From Clostridiales bacterium (GTDB taxonomy: Bacteria > Bacillota > Dehalobacteriia > UBA7702), in NCBI GenBank assembly GCA_036644995.1, contig JAVXOZ010000008.1, forward strand, positions 5,838-69,837: a DNA stretch of 64,000 nt, given 5' to 3'. Under the pieces are notes generated by a model. It was not told where the DNA came from. It searched no databases and saw only the letters and a program-made list of their open reading frames with translations. A program made the position numbers and the translations under genes. How positions within the stretch are numbered: the stretch's first letter is position 1; each line of letters opens with the position of its first letter. Shown one piece after another: positions 1 to 9,528 of the stretch.

Positions 1-815
1 TTTTCCACATATTGCGTAATAACACAATTTTCCACAGCACCATTGGGATACCAGAAAATTTCCATGGATTGTTTATTATTTAAAATTTTATCTTTCAAAG
101 CCAAGCTGGCTTTATTATCAAAGAAATTGGCAGTTTCAATATTTTTTACATCAGAATCTATTTGAACAACACCTTGGTTGTTTATTAAACAGGCATTTAA
201 GTCGTAGTCGTTTTCAAAGCTTTTTAATAATCCTTGTAGATGGTCCATTTTAACACCCACACCCACAACACCCAGTAAAGAGCCATCGCTACCTTCTATT
301 CGGCAATTAACAAATATTGTTAATTGGTTGTTTTTAACTTCATCGGCATCCACATCCAAATCGTATGGTTTTCTGCTCTCCACAAAATCGTAATACCAAA
401 TATCGTGGGGGTTTTCAGGGCTGACAATTTTATTTATTCCCTCATAATGATAATAAACCTCACTATTAGCCGAAACCAAAAATACCGAATCATAGTTATA
501 TTTATTTTGATATGCGGATAAATATTCCTGAATTAACTGTTGCTGTTCCAGCTGTACTTCATTGGGGTTTTCCTTATTTAACCAGTTTTTCAAAAACGTA
601 TCATTTGCCATGGTTTGACCCACAAAAATAGGCTTGGTAAGACTATTATCTATCTGGCCATAAATAGTAGATGAAGATAATTTTGAAATATTTTCTATAT
701 CGTTTTCAACTATTTTATTAAAATTATCATTATGTAAGAGATTGATAACCACAAAACCTGTAAATATAATCAGGCACACTATTATATTTATTGCAATCAA
801 AGTTCTTTTTTTCAT
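1..815 (-). CDS. Membrane-anchored sensor protein with extracellular Cache-like domain (N-terminal part only; gene continues past window start)
   Basis: The minus-strand ORF runs off the window edge. It begins MKKRTLIAINIIVCLIIFTGFVV (TM anchor) and continues with a periplasmic-type sensory region. RBS AGAGG lies 11 nt upstream of the ATG at 815. An alternative start MDREALDF lies at 839. Confidence 0.5.
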   Translation of the reverse strand, partial: MKKRTLIAINIIVCLIIFTGFVVINLLHNDNFNKIVENDIENISKLSSSTIYGQIDNSLTKPIFVGQTMANDTFLKNWLNKENPNEVQLEQQQLIQEYLSAYQNKYNYDSVFLVSANSEVYYHYEGINKIVSPENPHDIWYYDFVESRKPYDLDVDADEVKNNQLTIFVNCRIEGSDGSLLGVVGVGVKMDHLQGLLKSFENDYDLNACLINNQGVVQIDSDVKNIETANFFDNKASLALKDKILNNKQSMEIFWYPNGAVENCVITQYVE

Positions 816-1101
816 AAAATCCAGTGCCTCTCTATCCATTTTTATTCAATACATTAATGATAACATCATTTATGCTAAAATAATATATCTTTTCCAAATA
901 AATAATTATCCAAAAAAGAAAAACATCCCGACATAATAACTTTTTAGTATTTTATATCGGGATATTTTAAAATCCGAAAATCAACAAAATATATTTAAAG
1001 ATTTGATATTTAAAATAAATAAAACTTTGCATTTAATACTTTATGGTTTTTCAACTGTAATTAAAGTCCTTTAAATAATATCAAAGAAATATTTAGGAAA
1101 A

Positions 1102-1812
1102 TTATTTCCCCGCTTTTGCTGTTTCACTTGTAAGAAATTTGTAAACCAGTGCAGCTATTGCAGCACCCACCAAAGGTGCAACAATAAATACCCAAACTTG
1201 GGAGAGGGCTTCGCCACCCATTAAAAGAGCAGGTCCGAAGCTTCTGGCAGGGTTTACCGATGTACCGGTGAAAGGAATACCTAAAATATGCACCAATGTT
1301 AAAGATAAACCAATAACCAAGCCAACTACATTATTATTTTCAACCTTGGAAGTAACACCTAAAATGGCAATTACAAACACAAATGTTAAGATAATTTCAA
1401 CCACCATTGCTTGTCCCAGATTTATACCCAAAGCACTGGCTGCTCCAAATCCATTTTGACCCAAGCCATTGGCTTTGCCAAATAAATAAACAAGAACACC
1501 TGCTGCAACTATGCCACCGGCAAATTGTGCCACAACATAGCCGATAAAATCTGTTACACTCATTTTTCCGGAAATAAGCATAGATAATGAAACTGCAGGA
1601 TTAATATGGCAACCGGATATGTTGCCAATGGAATAAGCCATTGCCACAATGGAAAGTCCAAAAGCAAAAGCTATTAAAAGTGTAGTAAAAGCCAGGGCAC
1701 TGGCTCCACCTAAATCAAACTTGCCAATTAATGTATTGGCCGCAACGGCACTGCCGCAACCAAAAAGCACCAAAACAAAAGTTCCTATAAATTCCGCAAA
1801 ATATTTTTTCAT
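1102..1812 (-). CDS. MIP-family channel (aquaporin / glycerol uptake facilitator)
   Basis: Two NPA motifs (HINPAVS, SVNPARS) and six TM segments. AAGGAGG RBS sits 5 nt before the ATG at 1812 (MKKYFAEFIGTF). The listed ORF start at 1833 would contain the RBS. Confidence 0.85.
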   Translation of the reverse strand: MKKYFAEFIGTFVLVLFGCGSAVAANTLIGKFDLGGASALAFTTLLIAFAFGLSIVAMAYSIGNISGCHINPAVSLSMLISGKMSVTDFIGYVVAQFAGGIVAAGVLVYLFGKANGLGQNGFGAASALGINLGQAMVVEIILTFVFVIAILGVTSKVENNNVVGLVIGLSLTLVHILGIPFTGTSVNPARSFGPALLMGGEALSQVWVFIVAPLVGAAIAALVYKFLTSETAKAGK

Positions 1813-2010
1813 AAAGTTCCTCCTTATATTCACTTTTTAAACCTCAGGGTGATTAATCTAAAAAAATAATGCTTTCCCTTGCAGAAATAATGTTTTAAAT
1901 AATTATTATTTAAACAACTTAATTAACAGTAACTTTACCAAAATATCCCCAATAAGTGCAGCATAAAATAAATGTTAAATTTCAATATAATTAATAATAA
2001 AAATGGTATA

Positions 2011-2433
2011 CTAATTTACTGATTTTTGATTTAATACAGCACCATAGCAAAATAATATCGGCAATAACAAACCAAATAACAGCGAGCAAACCCCTGATAC
2101 GCTTAAGCCTTGCTGCCACATTCCCATAATTGAGCTAAACAATGATAGTGCCATAAGCACACAACCAAGTTTAAAACAAATTACGGATTCACCGGGTTTA
2201 TCACATTTTTTAATACCAAAAATACCGCTTACTATTGATAAAATGGACCAAATTAATCCTGCCCCAAAAACTAAAACAAAGGGCAATGTTCCCGCAGCCG
2301 AAGTATTGGTGCCTAAAAGAAGCACAGCTTCTCCTCCGAATAAAGCAATAGCATAAATAATTGCACCAATAATCCCAAAAATTACTAACAAAATGCCAAC
2401 AATTTTAAGATATTTCTTTCCTTTTGCTTCCAT
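2011..2433 (-). CDS. Hypothetical polytopic membrane protein
   Basis: 140-aa ORF with four hydrophobic helices and no recognisable motif. Confidence 0.45.
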   Translation of the reverse strand: MEAKGKKYLKIVGILLVIFGIIGAIIYAIALFGGEAVLLLGTNTSAAGTLPFVLVFGAGLIWSILSIVSGIFGIKKCDKPGESVICFKLGCVLMALSLFSSIMGMWQQGLSVSGVCSLLFGLLLPILFCYGAVLNQKSVN

Positions 2434-2842
2434 ATTTTTTCTCCTTTTAATCTTATTTTATAAATTCTGTTTGCTGCACCAATAAACAGAATAATATAAC
2501 TGTTATTTAACTCCCTATTATTTTTTATAGCAAAATAAAATATTTTGTTATATGGGGCTTTTAGGAGCACCTTACATCCATAAACTTTATATTATAATAT
2601 CATCTTTCGACAACATTAAGCTGATTTTTACTTATTTCGTATTTTTTTTACACAAATATAACACATCTATTTTCCATACAAGAAAAAGTTTTATTTATGA
2701 ACCGTTGATGTACTACACTTTCTTATTTTGTATAAAAGTATGAAGATAAAATAAAACATTATTAACAAATACTTTACTCATTAAAAGTGAAATATAAAAA
2801 ACAGGGCATTAAATTTTTTAATTTACATACCCTGTAAAATAT

Positions 2843-2888
2843 TGGTTTTATACTAAATATTGTGGTGTAGATATGAACTTTGATAAAG
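2843..2888 (+). repeat. 46-bp motif copy A (tggttttatactaaatattgtggtgtagatatgaactttgataaag), second copy at 42902
   Basis: About 42 of 46 nt match 42902-42949. Both copies lie immediately 3' of a terminator-like hairpin. Confidence 0.6.
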
Positions 2889-2918
2889 CGATTTAAACAC
2901 GTCAGCCCCTGCGGCAGA

Positions 2919-3875
2919 ATTTCAATCCACGCACCTGTGAAGGTGCGACCCAAAATCCCCCGGTGAGAAAATCATACCAATCAATATTTAAATCCACGCA
3001 CCTGTGAAGGTGCGACGTATTATCTTTTTTATCAAACTCTCCCACACAATATTTCAATCCACGCACCTGTGAAGGTGCGACTTGCGAAAATCTCCACCTT
3101 TAAATTTTGACAAAAAGATTTCAATCCACGCACCTGTGAAGGTGCGACTACAAAGTGTAATCTACTTCCAACTTTGACCATATAATTTCAATCCACGCAC
3201 CTGTGAAGGTGCGACTGACCCTGCCATATATCGTGTTTACGACAACATTATTTCAATCCACGCACCTGTGAAGGTGCGACGGTTTCCCGTTCGTCAATTA
3301 GTGATTTAAAATTCTGGATTTCAATCCACGCACCTGTGAAGGTGCGACGTGTATATAGATATCTAAGGCAGGCTTTACAGTTATTTCAATCCACGCACCT
3401 GTGAAGGTGCGACTGTCTAATTTCTCCCATTTGTTGTAAATACCATTTAATTTCAATCCACGCACCTGTGAAGGTGCGACGCATCAATGGGGGATTCAAA
3501 AACTTTTATTCGGTTAATTTCAATCCACGCACCTGTGAAGGTGCGACTACTTTATCCAAAGACTTACCAAAAAAATAATCGTATTTCAATCCACGCACCT
3601 GTGAAGGTGCGACGATATGCAGCCAACTTCATCAATGGCAGGTTTGGATTTCAATCCACGCACCTGTGAAGGTGCGACTTACATCGGCAGACGTTCAGGG
3701 GTTTTGAAAAATATTTCAATCCACGCACCTGTGAAGGTGCGACTGGGATAATTACGAATTTACCACATATGAAAAGTTATTTCAATCCACGCACCTGTGA
3801 AGGTGCGACCTTTTTCAGATAAAACAAGGATACCGAACTTTGGCATTTCAATCCACGCACCTGTGAAGGTGCGAC
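2919..3875 (-). CRISPR. Type I-C CRISPR array with 15 repeats and 14 spacers of 34-37 nt
   Basis: Plus-strand repeat is ATTTCAATCCACGCACCTGTGAAGGTGCGAC, 31 nt. Its reverse complement GTCGCACCTTCACAGGTGCGTGGATTGAAAT matches the canonical I-C repeat, with the GCACC/GGTGC stem and the GATTGAAAT 3' handle. Repeats start at 2919, 2986, 3051, 3118, 3185, 3250, 3318, 3383, 3450, 3517, 3583, 3648, 3713, 3779 and 3845. The repeat at 2986 carries one substitution (ATTTA instead of ATTTC), consistent with the leader-distal end. The array is transcribed on the minus strand toward lower coordinates. Confidence 0.95.
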
Positions 3876-4022
3876 TCTATTTTTTTGCATTATTATACAA
3901 TTATACTGTATTTTTCGTCAAAAAATAGTTTTCTTTTTACTGTTTTAAGTGGAAATTATCTGCGAAAGCATAGGCAATATTATGTTACCTATATGTTCGC
4001 AGTAAGTAAATGAAAATTTATG
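3876..4022 (-). promoter_or_regulatory. CRISPR leader, AT-rich, between cas2 and the first (newest) repeat
   Basis: A 147-bp AT-rich non-coding stretch lies directly between the cas2 stop and the array, on the side expected for a I-C leader. Confidence 0.5.
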
Positions 4023-4316
4023 CTAAAAAATGAATGTATCTTTTTGAGGATGATAGCTTAAATCTTTTCCCATGGTTTCTACTCTGTTTTCCCAATTTTT
4101 ACCCAATAAATAAAACCGTAGGCTATCCAATTTCATATCTATAATTTTTGCCAAATCTGCTTTTAAGGTAATAAATTTAGCTGGTTCCAAATCACATTCA
4201 AATACGGAATTTTGCACACGTTGTCCGCAATTTACACAACATTTTGCAACTTTACGTAAACGCTTTTGTCCTCCGGGAGATTCGGTATTAACATCATAAG
4301 TAACAAGAATCATCAT
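4023..4316 (-). CDS. cas2: CRISPR-associated endoribonuclease Cas2
   Basis: MMILVTYDVNTE..., the typical Cas2 N-terminus, about 97 aa. It sits immediately downstream of cas1. Confidence 0.9.
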   Translation of the reverse strand: MMILVTYDVNTESPGGQKRLRKVAKCCVNCGQRVQNSVFECDLEPAKFITLKADLAKIIDMKLDSLRFYLLGKNWENRVETMGKDLSYHPQKDTFIF

Positions 4317-4329
4317 TTTAGATATTCTC

Positions 4330-5367
4330 CTATTGTACAAAAAATGGTGGATAAGCAGAAAAATCGCCTCGTAAAAACCCTGCCATTAGCATTGCTTGGG
4401 TGTAGGGTATAAGCCCTATTTCCACCTTTTCTTTTAAATATGGATGTTCCACTACATCCTGTTTACGTTTTTGCCAAGCAGCCAGTAATATTTTTTTACC
4501 ATCATCTGTTAACAATACGGCGCCATTTTCTTTTTGATGAAAATCATTTTTATGAATTTGTTTGCGATTTATTAAGGATAGAACGAATCTATCACCTAAA
4601 TATGAACGCAATTCCTCCATCATATCTAAACCAAGGCTTGCTCTGCCCGGTCTATCTTTATGAAAAAATCCCACGTACGAATCTAAGCCCACAGATTCCA
4701 AAGCATTTTGGCAATCAATGGCAAGAATAGTGTAAACATAGGAAAGTAAGGCATTGAAAGGATCAAGTGGTGGTCGTTTATTTCTTTCTATAAAACTAAA
4801 ATCTTCTTTTTGCTGTAAAATCAAGCTATCAATAACAGAAAAATATCGTTTTGCAGCATCACCTTCTATACCTCGGAGTGTATCTTCATTTTCTGCTTTT
4901 TGAACGCTATTTATTGATGTGGATAAGCTACATATTACTGATTCTAAAGGTGTAATATCAAGTTCTTTTTTATGGTCACGAATGGCTCTATTTAACGTTT
5001 TTTTACTATTTGCCAACTTTGCTAAAATCATATTTTTAGCAATTAAAAGTGATTGCTCTTTATCATCGGCAATGCGGTATTGGGTGCGTCTTAATAAAAC
5101 ATTGCCATTGGTTTTGCCATGAAAACGTCCGCAAAAACCTCCATTTTTATCCATAAAGCTAATTGCCACACCATGTTCTGCGCATAGGCGTATTAGGGCG
5201 CCATTCATACCTGTATAGTTAAAACACACAATGTTTTCTATAATATGTATGGGTCTTCTTCCCACCTCTTTATCCTCAATTTTTACAACAATGTTATCGC
5301 CATCTCTGGATAAATATGCTTCGGGCGTGGTGATATATAACGTATTAAGTAATTTGCGCATTCTCAT
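4330..5367 (-). CDS. cas1: CRISPR-associated integrase Cas1 (I-C)
   Basis: 345 aa of Cas1 size with acidic active-site residues, flanked by cas4 and cas2. Confidence 0.9.
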   Translation of the reverse strand: MRMRKLLNTLYITTPEAYLSRDGDNIVVKIEDKEVGRRPIHIIENIVCFNYTGMNGALIRLCAEHGVAISFMDKNGGFCGRFHGKTNGNVLLRRTQYRIADDKEQSLLIAKNMILAKLANSKKTLNRAIRDHKKELDITPLESVICSLSTSINSVQKAENEDTLRGIEGDAAKRYFSVIDSLILQQKEDFSFIERNKRPPLDPFNALLSYVYTILAIDCQNALESVGLDSYVGFFHKDRPGRASLGLDMMEELRSYLGDRFVLSLINRKQIHKNDFHQKENGAVLLTDDGKKILLAAWQKRKQDVVEHPYLKEKVEIGLIPYTQAMLMAGFLRGDFSAYPPFFVQ

Positions 5368-6019
5368 CCTCCAAATATTTAGCTATATAGTGGTCAATAT
5401 TAAGCTGTTTTTTGGTTATTTTTGGCATACAGATATCATATAGCGAGCATTTTTTGCAATTATGATTAGTTTCAGCTTTTGGTATAATTGCACTTTTAAA
5501 CATTGTGTGCAATTCTTCTGCAAGTAAAATTAATTCTTGACGGAGAGGTTGTTCCATAGCCACAGTATATCGGCTATTGGTGGCAGCATAGAATAAATCT
5601 GCGGACTCTATGGAACAACCCAACATTTCTTCTAAACAAATAACCTGGGCAGTAAGCTGCATAAGGTCACATTTGTTTTTTTTGGGCTTGCCATGTTTAT
5701 ATTCCACAATATTGGGCAACCATTTTCCTTCACGCCCCGGTATTGCGATACCGTTTTCATTTTGTTTAAATTCCACTACATCTAAAATACCGGAAAAGCC
5801 CAGGGTTTTGGAGGAAACAGCCATAGCACGGGAGATAAATACATTTTTGCGGGTTTCTGTAATAAAGGGATTATCGGCTTTTTCGTGGAGTATGTTTCCT
5901 GCAGAGGTTAGCCCATTATCTGCCCATGCTTGGGAAATATGAATTAACCCCCATTGACGTTTGCAAAAATAATAATGTTGCAAACCGGATATCATCAAAT
6001 AATCATCTTCTGTGTACAT
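5345..6019 (-). CDS. cas4: CRISPR-associated exonuclease Cas4 (RecB-like nuclease with a cysteine cluster)
   Basis: 224 aa with N-terminal Cys (YYFCKRQ) and a C-terminal CKKCSLYDIC cluster typical of Cas4. It overlaps the cas1 start. Confidence 0.85.
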   Translation of the reverse strand: MYTEDDYLMISGLQHYYFCKRQWGLIHISQAWADNGLTSAGNILHEKADNPFITETRKNVFISRAMAVSSKTLGFSGILDVVEFKQNENGIAIPGREGKWLPNIVEYKHGKPKKNKCDLMQLTAQVICLEEMLGCSIESADLFYAATNSRYTVAMEQPLRQELILLAEELHTMFKSAIIPKAETNHNCKKCSLYDICMPKITKKQLNIDHYIAKYLEDENAQIT

Positions 6020-6879
6020 TATATTAATTGATAGATTTCCGGAGATAAACCATCTAAGTCCTCAATGCTTATATCATAATCCTTAAATGACTTGGGAGTT
6101 ATTCCTTCTTTGGCTTTTATTTTCAAACTTCTATGCACTTCGGCAGAAGAATATTTAGGTGTTTTGGCTGCGTGTTTCCACCAGTAAACACGGCAAACTT
6201 CCATGCTGCCATCGGGTCTGGCTGAGGATGAATCATTTTCAAATAAAGAAATCATGGCTTTTTTTATTTTTTCCGCATCTTCATCGGTAAAACCGGTTTT
6301 TTCGGCTAACTGGCAGTTTATACTGCCCTTTATAAGATATAAGCCAAAAGCAACTCTATGTTTCATACCCATGGTATCAGAAGCTTTTTCTGAACCTTTT
6401 TTACTTTCACTGTTAACGCTTTTGGTAATTTGCATACTTATAATATCCACAGGTGAAATGCTTACGCCTTGGTGAATGGAAACAGGACCACGAACACCAA
6501 CTGAAACTTCATCGCTTTTAAAAGCAAAAACTTGTCCAAAACTACGCACATCTATCCATTCTTCGCAGGCAGCCTTGGCAAAATCATTTTTATTTGTATT
6601 TTTACCATCGGAAAATTTTTTAACTTTCTCAGTTTTATCAAGTCGTTGCTTTAAACTGGTACATCCATCATTGCTGCGTTCATCTGATTGTACAAATATA
6701 GATTCACCCATATCCTGTAAACGGTTGCGTATTTTCCTTTTTATGCACACATCGGATATTTCACCATAGCCATCGTAATTTTCTCTGGGTCTGTTACCAT
6801 TTAAAGGGTCACCATTTGGATTGGCGTTTTCTGCAGAAATAATCATGGCAAAGTCTATTTTAGTAGTTAGTGTACTCAT
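6019..6879 (-). CDS. cas7: Cas7 (Csd2) backbone subunit of the type I-C Cascade
   Basis: 286 aa in the right size and position between cas8c and cas4 for a I-C operon, with glycine-rich loop regions. Confidence 0.8.
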   Translation of the reverse strand: MSTLTTKIDFAMIISAENANPNGDPLNGNRPRENYDGYGEISDVCIKRKIRNRLQDMGESIFVQSDERSNDGCTSLKQRLDKTEKVKKFSDGKNTNKNDFAKAACEEWIDVRSFGQVFAFKSDEVSVGVRGPVSIHQGVSISPVDIISMQITKSVNSESKKGSEKASDTMGMKHRVAFGLYLIKGSINCQLAEKTGFTDEDAEKIKKAMISLFENDSSSARPDGSMEVCRVYWWKHAAKTPKYSSAEVHRSLKIKAKEGITPKSFKDYDISIEDLDGLSPEIYQLI

Positions 6880-8772
6880 TTAATTTTCCCCCTTATTATT
6901 AAATAAATCTTTGGTTTGACAATGAAAGCCCAATAGATATTTGCCATTTAATTTATCATCACTGGCAAAATCATCTATTGTAAATTTGTCACATATTTCA
7001 TTAAGTATTTTGGTATAGAATACTTGACTTCCTTGCCCCATTTTATTTAAATATGGTTGCAATCTTTCTTCAATCATTTTCCATGTTTTAAAGGGATTTG
7101 ACGAAAATGCACTCATATAGCGTTTTGCATTTGTTTGCCGTTTTTCATCTTTTTCAAATGTTGAACTTTCAATTATATCGGCAACAGCCAACAATCTGCC
7201 AAAAAGATAGCTGCGGTCTGTGCAACTTTTATCCAATGCCATAGTAATATCCTCCTTATTTTCTATCATTTGTTTTTTCACCAAAGAACAGGCAATACCA
7301 AGAACTTCCTGCCAATTATATTTTTTTTCGTAAGCTTGAGGATTAGATCCGTTGATTACCGCTCGGTTTATTAAATCCTTGGGAATTTTTCTACCGTCAA
7401 TAATACAGGGCAGTAATCTGTCTATTGTAGAGTTAATTATATCATCTTTAGCTTTTATAATGCCATTTTGTTCTGTGCCATAAATAGCTTGTGCAATTCT
7501 TTTGGGACTGGGAGCCATAACAAGATATTTTTTTTCCTTGTTAAATACTTTACTTAAATGCCATGCCATATCTAAGTGCCATTTTTGTAGATTTTCTAAA
7601 AATTGGGAGCCGTTTAATTCTCGGTATAATGTTATAGATAAACGTCCCTTAGTGGCTGCATCCAATGTCATTACAATAACTTTTGAGGTAGTTGTTAAAT
7701 TTGAGGCATAACCACTAATTGCCAAATTTAGTTGTTTGGCAAAAGCACTGCCGGTTTGAGGATACCTAACTGCATCCTCATCTTCATCTTCATAATCATT
7801 AATAGACCATATATCAACAGTATCACCAACAACCGATGGTATTGGTGCCATATTATTAGCCCAGGAAACAATATTTAATGAATCATGATGCCAACCTTGG
7901 CGGCTAATCAACCATTTTAAGGCATTATGTGCTTTTTCTGAAACCTCATAGCCAACAGACATAACCTGCTCTTTATTGGCAAAACGACCACGATAGGTAA
8001 AGCCTTTTTCATCATTGCCGGATATGAGTTTGGCTTTATCGTTTGTATTGCGTATTTTACTGGCATGTTTTTCTGTGCAGGTCAATGATTTACCTGTAAT
8101 ATAACAGAGATTTTTTTTGGTATAGCATGAATTATTATAGTCTATAAAACTTTGAAAAAGTTCTTTATTTTGCCATACTCTGGTTTCAATGATATTAGAA
8201 TCATCTTCCACACGAAATCTTACAAAAGAATCAAGTTGACCCACTGTGCCTATTTTTGGTGTAGGTAATAAAATATTATTTTCATCACATTTTAAGATGC
8301 CAATATTTACTGAATCCCTAAAATTTACTAAATCCCCAATTAAACTTTTTTTTGATAAATAATCATAAATTGCTTTAATTGGCGGTTTAACATATGGGGA
8401 ATCAACCCACATTTTAAGTTGTGCCATATAATCATCGTAATATTTCAGAACATTTTTTTTGGTTTTAGGAATATAGTTTTCATAATCTCCGGCAACATAT
8501 AAAAATTTATCGCAAAGTGGGTGTGGTGTACTGCGGCTGCTGCCTCGTGAGGCAGAATTCATAGAAACCGGTATAATAGTGATTTTGTCATCTTTATCTA
8601 CTATGCTGCCCTGGATAAAATTGCCGTGAATATCGATACTAACTTCAATTTGAGCATTGGCAGTTGAATGATAAATGGGTAATAAAATGGCATTGGTGGT
8701 TTCTTCATAGCCAACCAAATCTTTATTTTTATCATAGATTAGGCATAATTCATCAATCCAGCTCAATGCCAT
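6880..8772 (-). CDS. cas8c: Cas8c (Csd1) large subunit of type I-C
   Basis: About 630 aa between cas5 and cas7. The likely start is MALSWIDEL at 8772; the listed ATG at 8823 overlaps cas5 by 70 nt. Confidence 0.75.
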   Translation of the reverse strand: MALSWIDELCLIYDKNKDLVGYEETTNAILLPIYHSTANAQIEVSIDIHGNFIQGSIVDKDDKITIIPVSMNSASRGSSRSTPHPLCDKFLYVAGDYENYIPKTKKNVLKYYDDYMAQLKMWVDSPYVKPPIKAIYDYLSKKSLIGDLVNFRDSVNIGILKCDENNILLPTPKIGTVGQLDSFVRFRVEDDSNIIETRVWQNKELFQSFIDYNNSCYTKKNLCYITGKSLTCTEKHASKIRNTNDKAKLISGNDEKGFTYRGRFANKEQVMSVGYEVSEKAHNALKWLISRQGWHHDSLNIVSWANNMAPIPSVVGDTVDIWSINDYEDEDEDAVRYPQTGSAFAKQLNLAISGYASNLTTTSKVIVMTLDAATKGRLSITLYRELNGSQFLENLQKWHLDMAWHLSKVFNKEKKYLVMAPSPKRIAQAIYGTEQNGIIKAKDDIINSTIDRLLPCIIDGRKIPKDLINRAVINGSNPQAYEKKYNWQEVLGIACSLVKKQMIENKEDITMALDKSCTDRSYLFGRLLAVADIIESSTFEKDEKRQTNAKRYMSAFSSNPFKTWKMIEERLQPYLNKMGQGSQVFYTKILNEICDKFTIDDFASDDKLNGKYLLGFHCQTKDLFNNKGEN

Positions 8773-9490
8773 CACCTCTTTCAAATTCAGCAGAACCACT
8801 GAAATTTTCCAAATCTTTTCCAAATGGTTTTATTTCCATGGGTTTAATGTGGCGTTTTATTTGGCAATCCTCGGGTCGTATAAATACAATTTCACCTTTT
8901 TTTATGGTTGGCTGCCAAAAACGCACAGTCATTTGATTTTTGTCTTCTTGGTTTATTGCCTCATCTGCATAGGTAAATCCATGGAATATCAAGCCAAAAG
9001 ATAGTTCAGCTATTTCATCATAAAAGCTGCAACCTTCGCCATAAATACAAGGTTCCACATAACCTTGGCACTCTCTGCAGCCCAAAAAGATATCTCGTCT
9101 TCCACCTCGTTCTATCATTCTTTTAGCTATGTTGTGGTGTTTATTTTCATTGCGATCTTGTTCAAGCTCGGGGCGATTTAAATTCCATTCAAAATGTGCT
9201 TGTATTTGATATTCCACATCCCACAAATAGGTATAGTAAGATAAATCATTACCGCCACTGTATTTAATGGGTCTAATACCCCTTGTTTGTGTTTGTATGG
9301 GCTTAATAATACGCACTTTGTCAATAATCCAAATAAAGGTAGGTTTCCAGTAGATGCTGTTTAAAACACCTTTTAGCGATTCATAGGTTGGTATTTGGTA
9401 GGAAAATTTTTCTCCACCTTTGGTTAGTGGGTCTGTAAATAATGCCATATCCCCATACAGTTTAAATTCTACGGTATTTCTGTGTTTCAC
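8753..9490 (-). CDS. cas5: Cas5 (Cas5d) pre-crRNA processing subunit of type I-C
   Basis: 245 aa with N-terminal VEFKLYGDMALFTDPLTK, a typical Cas5 motif. It is the second gene after cas3, as in I-C. Confidence 0.85.
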   Translation of the reverse strand: MKHRNTVEFKLYGDMALFTDPLTKGGEKFSYQIPTYESLKGVLNSIYWKPTFIWIIDKVRIIKPIQTQTRGIRPIKYSGGNDLSYYTYLWDVEYQIQAHFEWNLNRPELEQDRNENKHHNIAKRMIERGGRRDIFLGCRECQGYVEPCIYGEGCSFYDEIAELSFGLIFHGFTYADEAINQEDKNQMTVRFWQPTIKKGEIVFIRPEDCQIKRHIKPMEIKPFGKDLENFSGSAEFERGDGIELD

Positions 9491-9528
9491 AATTTAACCC
9501 CCTTTCTATAATTTAATTATTATAAATT

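Noticed and set aside
2986-3016. Variant second repeat (ATTTA instead of ATTTC) as a sign of two merged arrays
   Set aside because: It is a single substitution at the leader-distal end, where degenerate repeats are normal. Spacer lengths and spacing are uniform across the array.
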